A program made the position numbers and the translations under genes. This document shows positions 23,565-37,356 of a DNA stretch of 64,000 nt, one piece after another (position 1 is the stretch's first letter; each line of letters opens with the position of its first letter). Source of the stretch: Mobula birostris. Taxonomy: Eukaryota. A model generated the notes under the pieces. The model did not search any database and was not told the DNA's origin. It worked only from the letters and a program-made list of their open reading frames with translations. Location of the stretch: NCBI RefSeq assembly GCF_030028105.1, contig NC_092397.1, positions 12,663,271-12,727,270 of the forward strand. Direction: 5' to 3'.

Positions 23565-24660
23565 ATTCTCCGTAACCTTCGACTCCCTGGCCCTGACCAC
23601 CTCATCTTCACCTTGGATGTTCAATCGCTCTTCCTCCCTTCCACCTCCGCCCCACCACCAATCAGGAAGGTTTCAAAGACCTTCCACTCCTTCCTTGACA
23701 GAAGAACCACCCAATCGCACTCCAGCACCACCCTCCTCCGCCTGGCAGACCCGGTCCGCACTCCCTTCTCTCTCTCCGAACCTGAAGAGTAGCCAAGGGC
23801 GCCGGCACGGGCCCGACCTATGCCTGCCCGTTCATGTCGGCTGCACAGAACGGCCTATGATCGGAAGCTTCCCCGGTTCTAACCCCCAACTCCTCCCTCG
23901 CCACACTTACGACAGCATCGGCGCCGTTTCATCCACCCACGCTGAGCTCGTCAATTTTATCAACCTTGGATCTAACTTCCACCCGGCCCTTACATTCACT
24001 TGGTTCATCTCTGACACCTCCCTCCCCTTTCTTGTTCTCTCTGTCTCTGTATACAACCAGTCAACTGATATCTTTTATAAACATGATCTCCTTGGTTATC
24101 TTGACCATAACTCTTCCCACCCAGTCTCCGGGAAAAATAGTATTTGCTCTTCTCAGTCTCTTCACCTTCAGGACGAGGCTTTCCATTCCAGGACATCTGA
24201 GATGTCCTCCTTCTTTAAAGAACGCCCCCCCCCTCCACTATTGATGCTGCCCTCACCCGCATCTCCTCCATTTCCCGATCATCCACGCTCGCACACTCTT
24301 CCCGCTACCTTAATAGTGACCAAGTCCCTTTTGAACTTCCCTGCCTCTCCATCAGACTCCGCACCCAAAACATCATCGTCCACAACTTCCACTGACCCCA
24401 CCACACCGCCTACCCCCATCAATCCACTTTCCACAGGGACGTTCCCTCCATAATTCCCTTGTCCATTCATCCCTCCCCACTGATCTCCCTCCAGGCACTT
24501 ATCCCTGCAACTGGCCTAACCTGCCCAGCCACCTCCACTGAGGACCCCAAACTGTCCTTCCAGGTGAGGCAGCAATTCACCTGCAAATCTGCCGGTGTCG
24601 TCCATTGTGTTTGGTGCTCTTGACGCAGCCTCCTCTACATCGGTGAGACCCATTGTCGGC
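23565..24660 (+). mobile_element. Penelope-like RT + GIY-YIG remnant
   Basis: Inverted copy of 11553-12645; ends in the LYIGET motif (ctctacatcggtgagacc). Confidence 0.85.
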
Positions 24661-26225
24661 GGTGGGGGAGTGAAAATGTGGGAGAAAGTGTGAAACTCGA
24701 ATGGGTCGAGTTTAGTGGAAACACACAAACCAATTGTCTTTATTCTTGCCATGTGCTTGACAGAATGGAGTCCACCATTTTGTGAGGCTGCCCTGTAGCC
24801 TCCATCTTGTGAACTGTTCGAGAACTGATTCTTCCTCAGGGGTAAAGGAAACAGGACAATTGAACGTTGTGACAATGAGTTTCTGCTAAACCTGAGAACA
24901 TTCTCAGATAAGCTGTGTATTGAGTACAATGGCCGCTTTGCAGAAGTCGTCTCGTTACCTCGACCCACTGTCTAAGTGACCTGGTTTGAACAAGAATCGA
25001 AGGAGACTAGAGAAGCTGTGTAGCTGTTGGACTAGATCCAGTGGGAAGGTGTTATCGGACAGTCAGATGACACTGACACTGAAAGCAACATTTCAACTGG
25101 AATGGAATGAAAAGAGAGCCGAGGCTTCAAATGCATCATAGCGATGACCTCGAAGAGTCATCATCGCAAGGAAGAAAGTGCCTGCCAGGGGCTGGGAGAA
25201 GAAGGATCTATCTTCTGAACAATGGGAGATTCCCCATTGTGGTGATTAGGAGTGGAAGAGCGGTTTGAGTGAGTATTGGTACACAGAGGAGAGTAGAATT
25301 TATGTTTTAAGTTGTTGGCCTGTCACATTGTTGTTCGTGCAGAAGCGGAAAAGTGCAAGCTTCGACCAATTACGAGTTACGTTTTGAGTTTCCCGGCCTG
25401 GTTCAGCTGACGAACAGTCAACGCCGTAGGAAATTATGGGGCCACTTTCAGCATCTGCACCACCACCACCTCCGTCTGCCACAACCGGGACTTGCTGTGG
25501 CCAAAACTTTTAATTCCGATTCCAATCCCGTTTCCGTTCTGGCGTGTCGGTCCAAGGCCAAAATGTGCCAAAATGAGGTCACCCTCAGAGTGAAGAAGCA
25601 ACACCTTATATTCCGTCTGGGAAGCTTCACCACAATGTCATGAATATTAATTTTCTCCTTGTGGTATAACTCGTTCCCCACCCTCTTCTTTCTCTTCCCA
25701 ACTCTGACCTTTCACATCTTATTACCTCCACCTGGATCCCCTCCTCCTTCCCTTTCCCGTATGGTTACCTCTCCCCTCCCCTCTGGTTCCTTCCTCTCTC
25801 CCACTCACTCGGCTTCACCTATCACCTTCCAGCTAGCGCCCTTCCCCTCCCTCCAGCTTCTTATCCAGACATCTTTCCCCTTCCCTCTCAGTCTTGAAGA
25901 AAAGATCTTGGAACAAAACTTCTCTTTTTCATAGTCCTGCCGAAGGGTCTCGGCCCGAAACGTCGATTGTACTTTCCTTTCCCCAATAGATGTTGCCTGG
26001 CCTGCTGAGTTCCTCCAGCATTTTGTGTTTGTGTGCGCGTTGCTTTGGATTTCCAGCATCTGCTCCTTTCTCGTGTTTGCAATGTCACAAAAAGACGTGG
26101 AGAGATTGCGGATTTGGGGGCGGAAGCCCCGCAGAAAGATGGCGTGGCCAGTGCGGGGCTGAGTGACAAGCGAAGGGCGGAGGAAAAGACGCCAGCACCT
26201 GTTATTTGCTTTACTGCAGAGGAAG

Positions 26226-28380
26226 ATGGGCCGGTTCTGGTGGTGTTGGTGTTGATGTTGGGGGCGGCGGAAGTGGGGGCGACCTCCATGCCCGGCGGCC
26301 TCTGCCCCGTGCCCACAGATGACCCCGGCGTGCTGAAAGCGATCCGGGTGGCCGAGGAGGACTTCAACCACAAATCCAGCGACTTGTTTCACACCGCGGT
26401 GTCGAATGTGATATCGGCCCAAAAACAGGTGATGGGGAGGGAAATAGAAGGAAGGGGAGGGGAGGGAAAAGAGGAGTAGGTGAGGGAGGAGGGGGTGGGA
26501 CGGGTGGAGCGGGAAGGAGAAGGGGAGAGTGACGAGCGGGAGCCCGGGAAGGGGCTAGGTGAGGGGAGGAGAGATGGGGAAGTGGGAGAGGGGGAGGAGA
26601 GATGGGGAAGTGGGAGAGGGGGAGGAATGGCAGATGGAGCAGGGGGAAGGAGAGGAGAGGGAGAGGGGTGGGGGAGGGAGGGAGGGAGGAGGAGTGGGAA
26701 GTGGGCAGTAGGGCGAGGGGAACTGGGGAGCAGAGGGGGAAGGGGTGAGGCAATGGAGAGGGGGAGCGAGTGGGGGTAAGGGCCGAATAGACACGGTGGG
26801 CAGAGGAGGGGAAGTGGGGAGGAGAGGGGTAAGGGGAAGTGTGGGAGGAGGGGTAGGGGAGGTGATGATGCGGAGCAGAGATGAAGGGGATAAAAGCGGT
26901 AGGGGAGTGGGAAGGAGGGGAAGTGAGTGAGGAGGAAGATAGTGAGGGGGGAGAGGGAGAGTGGGAGGAGGAGTGCGAGCGAGGGAGGAAGGGGTGGAGG
27001 GGGAAGGGAGGGGCAAGAGGAGGGGGGAGTGGGGAGAAGGGGGTCGGGGAGTGGGCGAGGGAGGATACGGAGAATCTACAGAGAGATATGTATAGGTTAA
27101 TTCAGTAGGCAAATGTGTGTCAGATGCAGTACAATGTTGGTAAATACGAGTTCATCCACTTTGGAAGGGAAAACGGAAGAGCAGATTGTTATTTAAATGG
27201 TAAAAGATTACAGCACGCTGCTGTGCAGAGGGACTTGGGAGTGCTTGCGGATGAATCACGAAAGGTTGGTTTGCAGGTGCAACAGGCTATCAAGAAGACA
27301 AATGGGATATTGGCCTTCATTCCTGGAGAATTTGAATTCAAGAGCAGGGAGGTTATGCTGCAACTGTACAGGGTACTGGTGACGTGGCACCTGGAGTACT
27401 GAGTGCAGTTCTGGTCTGCTTGCTTGAGGAAGGATCTACTGGTTTTGGAGGTTCACCACGTTGAGACTAGAGAGGAGGGTGTGAGACTATAAGGAGAGAT
27501 TGAATCACCTGGGACTGTACTTATAGAATTCAGAAATATGAGAGGAAATAATATAGAAAAATAGAATTGTGGAAGAGACAGAGGCAGGAAAGTTCTTTCT
27601 ACTGGTAAGTGAGACTAGAACTCGGGGACATAGCCTCAAGTTTCGGGGCAGTGCATTTAAGAGAGAGATGACGAGGAACTGCTTTTCCCAGAGAGTGGTG
27701 ATTCTGTGGAATTCTCTGCCCAATGAAGCAGTGGAGGCTACATCAGTAAATATATTTAAGACAAGGTTGGATAGATTTTTGCACAGTAGGGGAATTAAGG
27801 TTCATGGGGAAAAGGCAGGTGGGTGGAGATGAGTCCATAGCCAGATCAGTCATGATCTTATTGAGTGGCGGAGCAGGATCGACGGGCCAGATGGCCGACT
27901 CCTGCTCCTATTTCTTATGAACAGCAGAGTAAAGGTGGTGGGTGTGTGGATATGGGTGACCACTCCCGGCTCGATACACACCGACACCCCGTAGAGATGT
28001 TTTCAGACCTTTCTGACTGTAGGGTGCTCTTGCAGGTGGTGTCGGGGTTCATGTACCATCTCACCCTGGAGCTGAGAACCACCGTCTGCAGGAAGAGTTC
28101 TGTTTCCCGGAACTGTCCCTTCCACAAGGATCCTCAATATGCCAAGGTGAGCGATTACTGCACTGGTGGTCTCGGGAGAGAGGGGCGGGGGTCATGTCCC
28201 CAGGGTCACTGGAACGTGGTGGGGATTTATGAATCTGCTGGGGTACCGGCGGGAAACTCTTTTAATACTGGCCTCTGCTTTTCCCCGGAGACAATGACCT
28301 GTAAATTTCAAGTTCTGCAGCAACCGTGTGTCGGGCCCACGCAGGTGACTGAATCTTCTTGCTCCAGGACGGCAAAGTGA
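26226..28380 (+). pseudogene. Cystatin paralog A2, probable pseudogene; exons 26226-26428, 28036-28146, 28291-28380
   Basis: A 1-nt deletion right after the ATG (ATGGGCCGG vs ATGGGTCCGG/ATGGGTTCGG) puts the start out of frame (MGRFWWCWC*). The exon 3 acceptor is a weak GAG. QVVSG is kept, PW has become PC, and the rest is open. Confidence 0.8.
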
Positions 28381-30450
28381 CCGGTCTGTAGGACCTCTGC
28401 GGCACACAGCGTGGCGCGCACCGCTCAGCTAAAGCAATAATTCTGATGACCAGGTCAAATGGATACGAATACAGCACTTTACCACGGCCCGGGTCGCCTC
28501 GTAATGCAATTTCTACAACGCATACAGACAAACGCGCGTGTGTATACACCGGCTCACTAATACACATTCCCCGGGCTACTATCTCTCTCTCTCTCATAAG
28601 CCATTCACCCCCGGGAAGAAACAGAGCATTTTGTCCGAGTTCCCCTCACTTAAGGTAGCCTGTGGGAATTCAGAAATCTGGCGCAAACTCGAGAAAATAG
28701 TTGAACTTCACCAGATGCACCCCAAAGATACACACGTGTTAGTGAAAGCGAAGTGACGAGGAAGCTGCGGGACAGAATGTCCCAGGGGGTGCAAGTAACA
28801 TTTGGGTTTCATCTCACGGGCTGAGCAGTTATTACCATAATTGTATAATTAAGCTGCAAATGTATATTTTTATGCTTGCGCAATAAAGCTTTTGCATTCT
28901 GAGTCTGCCTGTGTTTGCAATGTTAACAGGGTAACTCGGTGAATTAGGTCGACCCAGCACTGACCACCACGGACTATAGTGCGCTCAGCGATCGTGGTTA
29001 GACCCAGTATCTTGATAGGAGCGACGGGTCTCAGTCAGTGGTGGAATTTCAAATGTGGCGGGTGGGTGTGAGACCAGAGGACTCGGCCACAGAATAGAGC
29101 GCCGTCCTTTTAGCAGGGAGAGCAGTAATTTCTTCAGCCAGAGAGTGGTGAATATATGGAATTCATTGCCATAGGCAAGCCTTGAAGTATGTTTAAGCCA
29201 GAAGTTGATAGATTCTTGATTGCTCAGGGCATGAAGTGACACGGGGAGAAGGCAGGAGATTGGGGGCTGCGAAGGAAAATGATGAAATGGCGGAGGAGAT
29301 TCGACGGGCCAAATGGCCTAATTCTGCCTTTTTATCTCACGGTTATAAAGTGTATTCATCACGGAAAATGTACCGTTTCACGTTCTAATCAGGAATACTC
29401 TCCAGAGCATCAACGTTCTTCCTCTCGTGGGGCGACCAGAACTATACGCAATACTCCAGATCTGAGTTTTATGAAGTCTGTCAATCTAACCGGGCGAAGA
29501 GCTTTGTCACAGTCAGACATGAAAGTGTTCATTACCTTAACGTCGACAAAATCTCCAACCCCGGTCCTAATGCCATTCACCTCCTCATCCCAACCCGTCA
29601 CCCACGACTCAGTTCTTGCCAAAAGCCATTTCATCCTGACACTTAGCTTCCCGATCTGAACTTACCATCGGCTGCACTCAGTCACAAACCACCGGCCCCC
29701 GTCAGGCTCTTCGTCAGCGGCGACGATATCCAGACCACACTGCGGTTTCATCCCCGAAGGGAAAAGATGCATTCCTTCCTCTGCCCCCGGCCCACCTGGC
29801 TTCACCCGTCGCCTTTGATCTTATCCTCATTCCCACATCATGTTTTTATCTTCTGGCCTCTTCCCCCTCCTCTCCAGCCCTGATGAAGTGTCCCGGCCCG
29901 AAACGGCGGCTGTTTATTCCTTTCCATAGATGCTGGGTTCCTACACCATTTTGCGTGTCGATTAGTGAGGGGTTTAGGGAGAAGGGGTCATGTGGAGGAT
30001 AGAAGAGAGTTTAGGGAGGAAAGGAGGAAGAGATGGGAGGGGGAGCGAACGCTGTGGGGAGGAGGGTCGGGTAGGAGTGAAGGAGAGGACGAGTCGGAGA
30101 ACCGGAGGATTGTTGGAGTGTGTGGAGATGTTGAAGGAGGAGGAGCGGTGCTCCCACAGCAGAGCTCCTGTGCAGGGGAGGTGGGGCAGGGGTGGTGGAG
30201 GTTGAACAGCAGAGAGGAGGTGACTGGTGGCCACTCGCCGTATCCTCCCGGCCCGATACATGCACCCCCTTTTACAGAGGTTTGGAGGGGTTTTCCTGAC
30301 CAGTCTTTTATCAGGAGCCCAGACTGTGGTCCTTCCCCATCGAGCCCGGGCACTGGCTGTGCCAGCACGGCCCTGAGGCCCGGAGCGTGCCAGTCGGTAC
30401 CATTTCCCAGTAGCCCGGTGTAGGATGTTTTCTTTAGGGTGCTCTTCCAG

Positions 30451-30653
30451 GTTGTCGTGGAGATGATTAACCGTCTGTCCCGTGAGCTGATGACCCCCAC
30501 CTGCAAGAAGACTGCGCTTGATATCCCGGACTGTCCCTTACACTGGAGTCCTCTATATGCCAAGGTGATCGAATTATGCGACGCTGGTCAGCGGGAGAGG
30601 GGGAGGTTTCATGAATCAGCCGGGGTACCGGCGGGGAACCTCTACTGGGTCCA

Positions 30654-30691
<38 letters not shown>

Positions 30692-30784
30692 CAGAGAATC
30701 AGCTGTAGATTTAAAGTCCGGGACCGCCCGTGGCTCGGGCCGGTGCAGATGATTGAAGAGCAGTGCGTCAGGGTGGCGAAGTGA
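30451..30784 (+). other. Exon-1-less cystatin cassette B-c with fully intact exons 30451-30564 and 30695-30784
   Basis: VVVEMINRLSRELMTPTCKKTALDIPDCPLHWSPLYAK / RISCRFKVRDRPWLGPVQMIEEQCVRVAK*. Four Cys, PW and AG/GT sites are intact; no upstream exon 1. Confidence 0.8.
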
Positions 30785-30958
30785 CCGGATTGTAGGACCC
30801 CTATGGTGCACACAGCTCTGCTGAAGCAATTCTCCCGACCCCTGGTCAGACGGATACTAACACAGCACTTTACCTGTGTGTGTGTGTATACACTCTATCA
30901 CTAACATACATTCCCCGGGGCCCCTCTCTCTTTCTTTCTCTCACACACACCAAGTTTG

Positions 30959-31655
30959 AGTTGCTGGTGAACGCAGCAGGCCAGGCAGCATCTCTAGGAA
31001 GAGGTACAGTCGACTTTTCGGGCCGAGACCCTTCGTCAGGACTAACTGAAGGAAGAGCTAGTAAGAGGTTTGAAAGTGGTAGGGGCAGGAGGAGATCCAA
31101 AATGATAGGAGAAGATAGGAGGGGGAGGCATGGAGCCAAGAGCTGGACAGGTGATTTGCAAATGAGATATGAGAGGATCATGACATCTCCCAATGGCCAC
31201 ACATGTTAATTCCACATCCCATTCCCATTCTGATATGTCTATCCACGGCCTCCTCTACTGTAAAGATGACGGCACACTCACCTTGGAGGAACAACACCTT
31301 ATACTCCCTCTGGGTAGCCTCCAACCTGATGGCATGAACACTGACTTCTGTAATTTCCGCTAATGCCCCACCTCCCCCTCTACCCCATCCGTTATTTATT
31401 TATATACACACATTCTTTCTCTCTCTCTCCTTTTTCTCCCTCTGACTATACCTCTTGCCCATCCTCCTCTGGGTTCCCCCCCACCCCACCCATTTCCTTC
31501 TCCCTGGGCCTCCTGTCCCATGATCCTCTCATATTCCTTTTGCCAATCACCTGTCCAGCTCTTGGCTTCATCCCTCTCCTCCTGCCTTCTGTTATCATTT
31601 TGGATCTCCCCCTGCCCCTCCCACTTTCGAACCTCACCAACAACTTTGATGTGTG
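30959..31655. mobile_element. Penelope-like element 3' part with inverted pseudo-LTR
   Basis: 30959-31180 is minus; 31185-31360 is the plus-strand GIY-YIG C-terminus (THVNSTSHSHSDMSIHGLLYC...EEQHLIL), followed by the pLTR. Confidence 0.8.
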
Positions 31656-32159
31656 TGTATATATATATATATATATATTCTTGCACAATAAAGCTTTTGC
31701 ATTCTGAGTCTGCCTGTGCTCGCCATGTTAACAGGGTAACTGCGTGAATGAGGTCTGCCCAGCACTGAACACCATGGACCGTAGTGAGCTCGGCGATCGC
31801 GGTTAGACCCTGCACCTTGATCGGAGTGACCGGTCTCATTCAGCGGTGCAGTTTCAAGCGTGGCGGGCTTGTCTAACAATAGAGCGCCGAACTTTCAGAA
31901 GGGTGATGAGTAATTTCTTTACCCAGAGCGATTCTTTAGAATTCTTTGCCACAACCAGCTGTGGAGGCCAAGTCTTTATGTTTATTTAAGGCAGAGATTG
32001 ATAGATTCTTGATTGGTCAGGACAGGAAGGGATGGGGTGCAGAGCGGAAGGAGCTAGGAGATTGGGGGTCGATAGGGAAAATGGATGAAATGACGCAGCA
32101 GACTCGAAGGCCTAATTTTGCTCCTATATCTTATGGTCATACAACTATATTAATCAAGG

Positions 32160-32460
32160 AAATGACGGGCTGCATCACAGCCTGGCATGGGAACACCAAA
32201 ACCTTTGAGTGGAAAATCCCGCAAAAGGTAGCGGATTCAGCCCAGTACATCACGGGTAAAGCCCTCCCCACCATTGAGCACATCTACATCAATCTTTACC
32301 ATCGTAGAAAAGCAGCGTCCATCACCAGAGACCCGCATCACCCAAGCCATGCTCTCTTCTCCCTGCTGCCATCAGGTAGAAGGTACAGGAGCCTCAGGAC
32401 TCACACCACCAGCATCAGGAACAGTTACCACCCCTCACCATCAGGTACTTGAACAAAAGG
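32160..32460 (+). mobile_element. Rex1/Babar ORF2 C-terminal remnant
   Basis: MTGCITAWHGN...DPHHPSHALFSLLPSGRRYRSLRTHTT. Confidence 0.8.
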
Positions 32461-33589
32461 GGATAACTGCACTCATCTATTGAGATGTCCCCACAACAAA
32501 TGATCTCAATTTAAGGACTCCTTATCTCATGTTCTCGTTATTTATTTATATTTGCATTTGCAGTTTGTTGTCTTCTGCACTCTGGTTGATCTTTCACTGA
32601 TCCAGTTTACAGTTACTGTTCTATGGATTTGCTGAGTATGCCGGCAGGGAAATGAATCTCAGGGTTGTATGTCAAGACCCTGATAATAACTTTCACTTTA
32701 GCTTTGACTACTGCTTATCGAATGTCTGTACACTCAATGGCCACTACATCAGCTGCCTCCTGTGTCTGAAAAGATGAGGTGTCCCCACAACCAGTGATCT
32801 CACTTTAAGGACTTTTTATCTCATGTTCTCGTTATTTATTGATATTTGATTTGCACAGTTTGTTGTCTTCTGGACTCTGGTTGATCTTTCATTGATCCTG
32901 TTTACAATTACTATTCTATAGATTTGCTGAGTATGCCCGTAGGTAAATGAATCTCAGGGTTGTATGTCGTGACCCTGATAATAAATTTCACTTTAGCTTT
33001 GACTACAGCTTATCGAATGTCTGTACACTCAATGGCCACTACATCAGGTGCCTCCTGTATCTGAAAGAGTGGCAACTGAGTGTATGTTCATGATCTTCTG
33101 CTGTAGCCCGTCCACTTCAAGGTTCGATATGTTGTGTGTTCAGAGATGCTCTTCCGCACACCACTGTTGTAACGTGCGGTTATTTGAGTTACTGTCGCCT
33201 ACGAGTCAGCTTGAAGCAGTCTGGCCATTCTCCTCTTTTAACGAGAACGAAGTTGCCAGTGACACACTGAATGAAGCTGGTAGATACAGAAGAGTTTTAT
33301 CCAACAAAATGAGACACTCTCGAAGGAAGAGGCCTCCCGACCCAATACTCTGTGACATTTTTATATGCCAAAGATCAAAGGCCGACCTACTCTGCAATGG
33401 CTTCCTGTATGTTTTGGAATTGATCTTAAAGTTTCCTTCCTTGTTTTTAAAGTTCTTAATAGTCTGGGATCGAAGTCTATATCAGAGAATGTACATCAAA
33501 GGACCATTTTTGTTTTTAATCCCGCTTGAGCTCTCGGGTCTTCGTCCACTGGTCTCCTAGTATTATTTTACAGTTCTCATGTCCTCTCT

Positions 33590-34096
33590 TTTCTCCGTAA
33601 CCTTCGATTCCCTGGCCCTGACCACCTCATCTTCACCTTGGATGTTCAATCTCTCTTCCTCCCGTCCACCTCACTCCCCCCCCCCCCCCACCAATGGGGC
33701 AGGTTTCGAAGAACTTCCACTCCTTTCTTGACAGAAGAACCACCCAATCCCACTCCAGCACCACCCTCCTCCGCCTGGCAGACCCGGTCCGCACTCCTCT
33801 CTCTCTCTCCGAACCTGAAGAGTAGCCAAGGGCGCCGGCACGGGCCCTACCTATGCTTGCCTGTTCATGTCGGCTGCACAGAACGGCCTATGATCGGAGG
33901 CTTCCCCGGTTCTAACCCCCAACTCCTCCCTCGCCACACTTACGACAGCATCGGCGCCGTTTCATCCACCCACGCTGAGCTCGTCAATTTCATCAACCTC
34001 GGATCTAACTTCCACCCGGCCCTTACATTCACTTGGTTCATCTCTAACACCTCGCTCCCCTATCTTGTTCTCTCTGTCTCTATATACAGTCAACTG
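33590..34096 (+). mobile_element. Penelope-like RT remnant (5' part)
   Basis: DVQSLF...AELVNFINLGSNFHPALTFTWFISNTSLPYL; joined to a B-type 3'UTR fragment. Confidence 0.8.
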
Positions 34097-34139
34097 ATCG
34101 GGTTGACCCCAGATCAAACGGATACTAACACAGCACTTT

Positions 34140-34141
<2 letters not shown>

Positions 34142-34202
<61 letters not shown>

Positions 34203-34207
34203 TGTGT
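34142..34207. repeat. (GT)n microsatellite in the B-type 3'UTR; length-variable homologs at 15073, 18882, 30876, 41904 and 48498
   Basis: Direct reading. Confidence 0.95.
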
Positions 34208-34804
34208 CTCTGTGTACGTGCACTCTCTCACTAACATACATTCCCCGGGCCGCTATCTCTCTTTCTCTCTCACATACACACCACGTTTGAGTTGGAACTC
34301 CCGTACAATCGCTCGACATGGAGATCGAGGGGCCAAGTAACCCGCTCCTGTGCACGACCGCTGTACGCTCTACGTTCGGTACTATCTGTGTTTCAACTCA
34401 CCGGCTCACCAGTTATTACCATAATTGCGTAATTAAGCCGCAAATATGTTTTTTAAATTATTCTTGCGCAATAAACTTTTTGCATCTCGATGAGACCCTG
34501 CACCTTGATCGGAGCGACAGGTCTCAGTCAGCGGTGCAATTTCAAACGTGGCGGGCGTGTCTAAGAATAGAGCGCCGATCTTTGAGAAAGCTGATGAGTG
34601 ATTTCTTTACCAGAGCGATTCTTTGGAATACTTTGCCAAAGGCGGCTGTGGAGGCCAAGTCTTTATGTTTATTTAAGGCAGGGATTGATAGATTATTGAT
34701 TGGTCAGTGCATGAAGGGATGGGGGGAGGAGAAGGAGGTAGGAGATTGGGGGCTGACAGGGAAAATGGATGAAATTATGGTCTGAATCTATATGAATCAA
34801 GGAC

Positions 34805-35110
34805 ATGACGGGATGCATCACAGCCTGGTATGGGAATACCAAAACCTTTGAGTGGAAAATCCCGCAAAAGGTAGCGGATTCAGCCCAGTACATCACGGGT
34901 AAAGCCCTCCCCACCATTGAGCACATCTACATCAATCTTTGCCATCGTAGAAAAGCAGCATCCATCACCAGAGACCCGCATCACCCAGGCCGTGCTCTCC
35001 TCTCGCTGCTGCCATCAGGTAGAAGGTACAGGAGCCACAGGACTCGCACCACCAGGTTCAGGAACAGTTACCACCCCCCAACCATCAGGCACTTGAACAA
35101 AAGGGAATAA
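34805..35110 (+). mobile_element. Rex1/Babar ORF2 C-terminal remnant
   Basis: Near-identical inverted copy of 17888-18193. Confidence 0.8.
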
Positions 35111-35604
35111 CTGCACTCATCTATTGAGATGTCCCCACAACAAATGATCTCAATTTAAGGACTCCTTATCTCATGTTCTCGTTATTTATTTATATTTGCA
35201 TTTGCAGTTTGTTGTCTTCTGCACTCTGGTTGATCTTTCACTGATCCAGTTTACAGTTACTGTTCTATGGATTTGCTGAGTATGCCGGCAGGGAAATGAA
35301 TCTCAGGGTTGTATGTCAAGACCCTGATAATAACTTTCACTTTAGCTTTGACTACTGCTTATCGAATGTCTGTACACTCAATGGCCACTACATCAGCTGC
35401 CTCCTGTGTCTGAAAAGATGACCTCTGAGTGTGTGTTCATGATCTTCTGTTGTAGCCCGTCCACTTCAAGGTTCGACGTGTTGTGTGTTCAGAGATGCTC
35501 TTCTGCACACCACCGTTGTAACGTGCGGTCATTTGAGTTACTGTCGCCTTCCTGTCAGCTTGAACCAGTCTGGCCATTCTCCTCTTGTAACGAGAACAAA
35601 GTTG

Positions 35605-36148
35605 TTCTCCTCCCTCGCGACACTGACGACAACATCGGCGCCGTTTCACGCTGAGCTCGTCAATTTTATCAACTTTGACTCTAACTTCCACCCGACCCTT
35701 ACATTCACTTGGTTAATTTCTGACACCACCTCTCCCCTTTCCTGTTCTCTCTGTCTCTGTATACAAACAGTCAACTGGTATCTTTCATAAACCTGATCCC
35801 CATGGTTATCGTGTCTATAACTCTTCCCAACCGGTCTCCGGGAAAAATATTATTTGCTCTTCCCAGTCTCGTCACCTGCAGGACGAGGCTTTCCATTCCA
35901 GGACATCAGAGATGTCAGCCTTCTTTAAAGAACGGGCCCCCTCCCACCACTATTGATGCTGCTCTCACCCGCATCTCCTCCATTTCCCGATCATCCACGC
36001 TCACACCATCTTCCCGCTGCCTTAATAATGATGGAGTCCCTTCTGTTCTTCTTTACCTCTCCATCAGCTACGCACCCAACACATCATCCTCCACAACTTC
36101 CACTGCCCCCCCCCCACGAACACTCCACCTTCCACAGGGATCGTTCCC
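35605..36148 (+). mobile_element. Penelope-like RT remnant
   Basis: AELVNFINFDSNFHPTLTFTWLISDT; inverted copy of part of 16640-17405. Confidence 0.75.
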
Positions 36149-37356
36149 TATCGGACTATATCCAGTGGGAGGTGTTATGGGACCGTCAGATGACGCTGAC
36201 ACTGAAAGCAACATTTGAACTGGAATGGAATGAAAAAAAAGCAGAGGCTTCAAATGCATCATAGCGATGACCTCGAAGAGTCATCATCGCAAAGAAGAAA
36301 GTGCATGCCAGGGGCTGGGAGAAGAAGGATCTATCTCCTGAACAATGGGAGATTCCCGATTGTTGTGATTAGAAGTGGAGGCACGGTTTCAATGAGTATT
36401 GGTTCACAGAGAAGATTAGAATTCATGTTTTAAGTTGTTAGCCTGTTACATTGCTGTTCCTGTAGAGGCGAAAAACTGCAAGCTTCGACTAATTACAAAT
36501 TACGTGGTGAGTTTCCCTGCCTGGTTCAGTTGACGAACTGTCAACACCGTAGGAAATTAGGGGGCCACTTCCAGCACCTGCACCACCTCCACCCCCGTCT
36601 GCCACAAGAGGGAGTCGCCGTGGCCAAAACCTTTAATTCCGATTCCCATTCCCGTTTCCGTTCTGGCTTGTCGGTCTAAGGCCGAAATGTGCCAAAATGA
36701 GGTTACCCTCAGGGTGCAGAAACAACACCTTATGTTCCATCTCGGAAGCTTCATCACAATGTCATGAATATTAATTTTCTCCTTGTGGAATAAAAACGCT
36801 CCCCCCCACCCCACCCCCGACTTCCTCTTCACAATTCTGACCTTTCACATCTTATTACCTCCATCAGGATCCCCTCCTCCTTCCCTTTCCCGTATGGTTC
36901 ACTCTCCCCTCCCCTCTGGTTCCTTCCTCTCTCCCACTCACTCGGCTTCACCTATCACCTTCCAGCTAGCGCCCTTCCCCTCCCTCCAGCTTCTTATCCA
37001 GACGTCTTTCCCCTTCCCTCTCAGTCCTGAAGAAAAGATCTTGGAACAAAACTTCTCTTTTCCATAGTCCTGCCGAAGGGTCTCGGCCCGAAACGTCGAT
37101 TGTACTTTCCTTTCCCCAATAGATGTTGCCTGGCCTGCTGAGTTCCTCCAGCATTTTGTGTTTGTGTGCGCGTTGCTTTGGATTTCCAGCATCTGCTCCT
37201 TTCTCGTGTTTGCAATGTCACAAAAAGAAGTGGGGAGTTTGCGGATTTGGGGGCGGAAGTCCCGCAGAAGGATGACGTGGCCAGAGACGGGGGAGTGACG
37301 AAGAAGGGCGGAGGAAAAGACGCCAGCACCTGTTATTTGCTTTACTGCGGAGGAAG

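Noticed and set aside
33962-34355. HT/CV dipeptide-repeat ORFs and YI-repeat ORFs (43195-43512, 48629-49078)
   Set aside because: Translations of (GT)n and (AT)n microsatellites.
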